Source: Candidatus Poribacteria bacterium (GTDB lineage Bacteria > Poribacteria > WGA-4E > UBA9662). Taken from it: 18,157 bases of DNA. The notes below the pieces were generated by a model. It made no database searches. It worked only from the letters and a program-made list of their open reading frames with translations, and was not told the DNA's origin. The stretch spans positions 1-18,157 of the forward strand of contig JAYGDX010000084.1 of assembly GCA_046582655.1 (NCBI GenBank). The letters run 5' to 3'. This document shows, one piece after another, positions 13,735-18,157 of this stretch (the first letter of the stretch is position 1; every line of letters starts with the position of its first letter). Position numbers and translations under genes: made by a program.

Positions 13735-14526
13735 ATGGAACTCCTGAATCAATCCATATTTAAACATGCTATCCTTGTGACAACGGGAATTTGCTCTGGC
13801 TTTATCAGCTCAATGGCTGCGGGAGGATCTCTGTTAACACTTCCTGTTCTTATCTTTCTTGGTCTGGACGGTCCAACAGTTGCCAATGGAACAAATCGTG
13901 TGGCACTTGCCATTCAGAATGCTTTTGGCATTGCGAGTTTTCGGAGGAAAGGTATTTCCGATTTCAGATACGGTATTTTAATTTCTGTTCCCGCTGTGTG
14001 CGGGGTTATGATCGGAACACTATTGGTTATTCAACTCGGAACGATAGACAAAAGCAGTATCATTTTCAATCGTATCTTAGTAGGTATCATGATTGTTGTT
14101 TTAGCTATTACCATTCTTAATCCGTTCAAAAAGTTGCAGAGTTCTAAAGAAAATCTTAGTTCATCTAGAAAAGCCCTTGCCGCTTTCATTTTCTTTTTTC
14201 TAGGCATTTACATAGGTTTTATTCAAGCAGGTGTAGGGTTTATGATCATTGTGACAATAACAACTGTGAACGGGTTTAGTCTGGTGAGAACAAACGCACT
14301 TAAGATGTTTGTGGTGTTTTTTGCTACTCTGATGGCCCTGTCGATTTTCGTCATGAAGGGGCATGTCGATTGGGGGCTTGGCTTAGCGTTGGCTGGAGGC
14401 AATTCAATAGGCGTATCAATTGGTAGTCACTGGGCAGTGGCTAAGGGAGACAAAACCATTAGGGTTATCCTCGTTTGTTCCATTTTAGTTTTTTCAGCAA
14501 GATTAATCTGGAAAAGTTTCTTTTAA
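13735..14526 (+). CDS. Sulfite exporter TauE/SafE family membrane protein
   Basis: GFISSMAAGGSLLTLPVLIFLG..VANGTNRV and GIYIGFIQAGVG..TNALK; about 8 hydrophobic segments. Confidence 0.92.
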   Translation: MELLNQSIFKHAILVTTGICSGFISSMAAGGSLLTLPVLIFLGLDGPTVANGTNRVALAIQNAFGIASFRRKGISDFRYGILISVPAVCGVMIGTLLVIQLGTIDKSSIIFNRILVGIMIVVLAITILNPFKKLQSSKENLSSSRKALAAFIFFFLGIYIGFIQAGVGFMIIVTITTVNGFSLVRTNALKMFVVFFATLMALSIFVMKGHVDWGLGLALAGGNSIGVSIGSHWAVAKGDKTIRVILVCSILVFSARLIWKSFF

Positions 14527-14645
14527 TTCCAAATCATTGACCATAGAAGGCGAATTGTAGTTGTGGTTGAGACAATTTAATTAGAGAAAACTATAGAACA
14601 AATTTGTGTTACGATATATGACATAAGATCAGGAAGGAGATAATT

Positions 14646-15635
14646 ATGGCATTTAAATTTGCTTTTCTAGGTTGTTGGCATAGTCACACAGGTATGCATG
14701 TGCGTGAGTCAACTGCTAATCCCAGTGAGTTTGAACTGGTCGGGATTTATGACAACGATCCGGTTGTTGTGGCCGAAAGACGGGAACAGTGGGATGCTCA
14801 CGTTTTCCCTTCAATTGAAGCTGTGTTGGACAGCGATATCGATGCTGTAGTGGTGGAAGGCCGTATATTTGAAAACCTCGACTACGCTGAGCAGGCCCTA
14901 AAGGCAGGGAAACACGTTTTGTTAGAGAAACCAGCAGGTGTTGACCTAGACCACCTAAAACGGGTGCAAGCCCTTTCCTTGGAAAAAGACTTATGTCTGC
15001 AAATGGCGTACATGTGGCGTTATAATCCAGCAATCCATGAAATGATCAGGTTAGTTAAAGCTGGTACGCTAGGCGACATTTTTTACTACCGCGGTCATAT
15101 CCCCAAACCAAAAGGTTGGCATAAGCAAATAGGCGAGGAAATCGGATATTATCATGGAGCAGTTTATTACGAAATGGGTGGTCATCTGGTGGATTTAATG
15201 GTTATCTTGATGGGAAGACCCAAGCATGTACATCCAATGTTAGGTAAGCATTATGGTGATCAGCGGCATATAGATAATGCTGTTGTAGTGCATGAGTTCG
15301 AAAATGGTTTGGGAACTATCGATACAGCTGCCATGCATATTGAAAGCGGAAAAACACGACGGATCGAAGTCTACGGAACGCAAGGAACAGCCATACATAC
15401 GCCAATCGGTTCAAACAATCTGAGTCTTTGCTTGGAATTGGAAGCGGAGGGATATTCTGCGGGTTGGCATGATCTAGAGATTCCTTCTTCGGAAAATTCT
15501 TCAACCCTGTTGCGTGAACTGGTTGCCTGCATTGGCGGCAAAAAAGCACCTGACTATGCACTGTCTCACGATTTGGATGTGCAGGAAACACTGTTTGCCG
15601 GTTGTGGAATTAAAGATGGTAAAGCATTAAAGTAG
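14646..15635 (+). CDS. Gfo/Idh/MocA family NAD(P)-dependent oxidoreductase
   Basis: N-terminal Rossmann strand FAFLGCWHSH; ALKAGKHVLLEKP; YMWRYNP; EMGGHLVD; IEVYGTQG. AGGAAGGAG RBS. Confidence 0.92.
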   Translation: MAFKFAFLGCWHSHTGMHVRESTANPSEFELVGIYDNDPVVVAERREQWDAHVFPSIEAVLDSDIDAVVVEGRIFENLDYAEQALKAGKHVLLEKPAGVDLDHLKRVQALSLEKDLCLQMAYMWRYNPAIHEMIRLVKAGTLGDIFYYRGHIPKPKGWHKQIGEEIGYYHGAVYYEMGGHLVDLMVILMGRPKHVHPMLGKHYGDQRHIDNAVVVHEFENGLGTIDTAAMHIESGKTRRIEVYGTQGTAIHTPIGSNNLSLCLELEAEGYSAGWHDLEIPSSENSSTLLRELVACIGGKKAPDYALSHDLDVQETLFAGCGIKDGKALK

Positions 15636-15839
15636 AATCAAGTAGGTTAGACTGAAAACATGGCAGACAGATTTCAGATAGCCACTTGGATATGTAATTT
15701 ATGCATACGCGCCGTACCCGTACATGTATATATAGGTGAGCCTGTTCCCAATCTGTCGCAATAGGCTAAAATACCGCATAAAAAACCGCACCAACGAAAA
15801 ACTCGAAGATGTAAACAAATATAATATAAGGAATAGGTT

Positions 15840-16229
15840 ATGAAACCGATATTGAAATATATTATCTTTTCACTTTCCATCTCAATTTTATGCGGTTGTG
15901 CTGTAAAGACAACAAAATATAAAATTAAGATTGTTGGACAAATTGGGTCCATAGACGAATATGGAAATGCCGTTCTAGACAGAAAAAGTTCGGAACAAGC
16001 CAAAGCCCACTTAAAACTAGGCGACTCATTGAGTGTACGTTTTGATGAAAGCCAAGAAAGCCTAACGTGCAAAATGGTCAAAGATTATGGAGATGTGCCT
16101 GTTGGAGATTACTTGGCACGCTTCGATAATGATACTGATTTGTTGAAGTTGGCCATAAATCAAGGTCAGATTTCTAAAACAAACAATTTGAAGCAGGGAA
16201 TGGCTGTCGAAATTGACGTAGTGAGATGA
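15840..16229 (+). CDS. Putative lipoprotein consisting of the C-terminal domain of SAM hydroxide adenosyltransferase/halogenase (DUF62)
   Basis: Lipoprotein-type signal MKPILKYIIFSLSISILCG-C. GQIGSIDEYGNA matches GxVxxIDxFGN, and KDYGDVPVGDYLA..LLKLAINQG..LKQGMAVEI matches TYxDVxxGExLA..LEIAVNxG. AAGGA RBS. Confidence 0.75.
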   Translation: MKPILKYIIFSLSISILCGCAVKTTKYKIKIVGQIGSIDEYGNAVLDRKSSEQAKAHLKLGDSLSVRFDESQESLTCKMVKDYGDVPVGDYLARFDNDTDLLKLAINQGQISKTNNLKQGMAVEIDVVR

Positions 16230-16366
16230 AGAAACCCAGAATTAGGTTACATATGCCTAATGACATATCAGAAATTTGATAGGTAATTGGTGAGAAACTA
16301 TTATATGTTCCAATTTGAAATGCTGGGTTTAATACCCCGTTGGCAGCCTAGGATTTAGGGGGGATT

Positions 16367-17488
16367 ATGAAAATCAAAGAAATTAAAGTTTTTCCGGTTC
16401 ATCAGTTCATCTACGTCAAAATCGAAACTGACAAAGGAATATACGGCGTTGGTGAAGCTTCACTAAGTGGACGGTCACTGGCAGTTGTTGAAGCTTTAGG
16501 ACATATTAAACCTCTGCTGATCGGTCAGGATCCAACCCGAATTGAACATATCTGGCAAGACGTTTTTCGTGGTACGTTTTGGCGTGGTGGACCTGTCCTT
16601 CAATCCGCGTTGGCAGGAATCGATATTGCACTTTGGGATTTGGCTGGCAAAAGCTTGGGTGTACCGACTTACCGTCTATTGGGTGGAGCGACGCGCCAAA
16701 AGGTTTTGGTCTATCGTCACGTTGGAGGCCAAACATCAGCCGATCTCATTGTAAACGCACAAAAACTGCTGGAAGACGGTTGGCGTGTTCTACGCATCTC
16801 GCCCATTAACACATTAACTGATGGTTTTAACCCAAAGTTGGCGGTGTTACGCGGAATTGAACATTTCACTGCCCTGCGTGAAGCCGTTGGCGACGAGGTT
16901 GAAATCATCTTTGAAGTTCACACCCGCTTGACACCAATCCGTGCGGTTGAACTCTGTAAAGGTATTGAAAACTTGCGGCCGTTTTTTGTTGAAGATCCGA
17001 TCCGTTCCGAGAATCCAGCGTCCTTTGCTATGTTGCGAGCACAAACTACCGTGCCAATTGGCACAGGTGAACAACTCCATCACAAGTGGGCCTACCGCGA
17101 ACTGATCGAACAGGAGCTTATTGACTATCTGCGCGTGGATATCTGCCACACTGGCGGCATCACTGAAGGCAAGAAATTGGCAGTAATGGCTGAAGTCCAT
17201 TACCAAGAGCTCGCCTGCCATTACACTTCCAGCCCAGTCAGCACAGCGGCTATGTTGCATCTCAATATGTCGATTCCCAATTGCGCCGTACAGGAGTACG
17301 CACCTTCCTCCGGTTGGATGAACGATGTGATCCAACACAATCTGCAAACGGAAGATGGGTATCTTCTTTCAGTAGATACTCCGGGGCTAGGAATAGATCT
17401 AAATGAAGAGGCGGCTTTGGCACATCCCCACACACCAGGGGAACCACCTCATCTGCGTCGAGAAGACGGATCCGTTCAAGATTGGTGA
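16367..17488 (+). CDS. Mandelate racemase/muconate lactonizing (enolase superfamily) acid-sugar dehydratase, DgoD/RspA-like
   Basis: VKIETDKGIYGVGE; FWRGGPVLQSALAGIDIALWDLAGK; metal-ligand segments EVH, VEDP, GTGE; GGITE; PGLGIDLNEE; C-terminal REDGSVQDW. AGGGGGA RBS. Confidence 0.92.
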   Translation: MKIKEIKVFPVHQFIYVKIETDKGIYGVGEASLSGRSLAVVEALGHIKPLLIGQDPTRIEHIWQDVFRGTFWRGGPVLQSALAGIDIALWDLAGKSLGVPTYRLLGGATRQKVLVYRHVGGQTSADLIVNAQKLLEDGWRVLRISPINTLTDGFNPKLAVLRGIEHFTALREAVGDEVEIIFEVHTRLTPIRAVELCKGIENLRPFFVEDPIRSENPASFAMLRAQTTVPIGTGEQLHHKWAYRELIEQELIDYLRVDICHTGGITEGKKLAVMAEVHYQELACHYTSSPVSTAAMLHLNMSIPNCAVQEYAPSSGWMNDVIQHNLQTEDGYLLSVDTPGLGIDLNEEAALAHPHTPGEPPHLRREDGSVQDW

Positions 17489-17527
17489 TCTTTCGGATAA
17501 AAAATGGAAAACTTAAGGTATAGCCAT

Positions 17528-18157
17528 ATGTTGAAAGCTAAAAAATTCAAAAGTATAATCTGCCTTTTACCAAAAAAGACCTCCCAGTTTGTGCTGATTA
17601 TTTTCCTAGTGCTGTTTATAGGACTATCATTCGAAACCGATTTTGCCATCGGTGAAACTCATCGGGTTAGTTTCAATGATGATATCCGGCCGATTCTGTC
17701 AGACAAATGCTACGCCTGTCACGGTCCCGACAAAAAGAAGCGCAAAGCTGACCTGCGACTGGATATCAAAGAGAGTGCTTTTGCTGATCGAGGTGGATAC
17801 TTTGCTGTTGTTCCCGGTAAACTTCTGGACAGTGCGCTTTATCAGCGAATCACCGCTGAAGATCCCAAAGACCGAATGCCTCCTTTACACTCAGAACGTT
17901 CATTGAACCCCAAGCAGATTGAATTGTTGAAGCGTTGGATTGAAACCGGCGCAGACTGGCAGGAGCACTGGTCCTTTTCCCCTCCCAAACGGATGGATCC
18001 ACCAACTGTCCAAAATCAGGCCTGGGTGCGAAACGGCATAGACCGCTTTATCCTGTCGCGGCTGGAGGCTGAAGGCATCCCGGCTTCCTCCGAAGCGGAT
18101 AAGCGGACGCTGATCCGTCGGCTGACTTTCGATTTGACTGGGCTGCCGCCTACCCCG
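17528..18157 (+). CDS. Planctomycete-type cytochrome c (PSCyt1) + DUF1549 domain protein (partial, runs off window end)
   Basis: Frame open to the window end: signal/TM segment, VSFNDDIRPILSDKCYACHGPD (CxxCH at 17708-17722), ADLRLD, RMPP, LLKRWIETGA, HWSF, NGIDRFILSRL, ADKRTLIRRLTFDLTGLPPTP. TAAGGT RBS before ATG 17528; alternative ATG at 17504. Confidence 0.93.
   Translation, partial: MLKAKKFKSIICLLPKKTSQFVLIIFLVLFIGLSFETDFAIGETHRVSFNDDIRPILSDKCYACHGPDKKKRKADLRLDIKESAFADRGGYFAVVPGKLLDSALYQRITAEDPKDRMPPLHSERSLNPKQIELLKRWIETGADWQEHWSFSPPKRMDPPTVQNQAWVRNGIDRFILSRLEAEGIPASSEADKRTLIRRLTFDLTGLPPTP

Noticed and set aside
13255..17347. Long antisense ORFs 13255-13767, 15674-16081 and 16847-17347
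   Set aside because: They overlap well-supported plus-strand genes and show no recognisable motifs.
17643..17906. 87-aa plus-strand ORF from the track
   Set aside because: Wrong frame; the real CDS is the cytochrome c/DUF1549 frame starting at 17528.

Overview
Bacterial genomic window, most likely Candidatus Poribacteria. This is inferred from two secreted proteins ending in a V-x-x-x-x-K-[LI]-x-x-T-W-x-x-L-K tail, four PhyH-family dioxygenases and a planctomycete-type cytochrome c/DUF1549 gene. Left part (1-7.2 kb) is accessory-like. It holds a partial secreted protein, a minus-strand RyR-domain/TPR/SLOG-like/class III nucleotidyl cyclase fusion (742 codons) broken by one in-frame TAG, a LamG protein and a PhyH-HEAT fusion. 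These four genes are separated by three diverged, same-orientation copies of an unannotated ~190-bp repeat with conserved, partly covarying hairpins. Middle: a decayed cytochrome c peroxidase remnant and three tandem PhyH genes; the middle gene is frameshifted three times and bounded by short direct repeats. Right part: a perfect 30-bp palindrome precedes a co-oriented run of sialate O-acetylesterase-like, TauE/SafE, Gfo/Idh/MocA, stand-alone DUF62 C-terminal-domain lipoprotein and enolase-superfamily dehydratase genes, then a truncated cytochrome c/DUF1549 gene. No rRNA, tRNA, CRISPR array or transposase was recognised. All family calls come from motif recognition by eye, not database searches.
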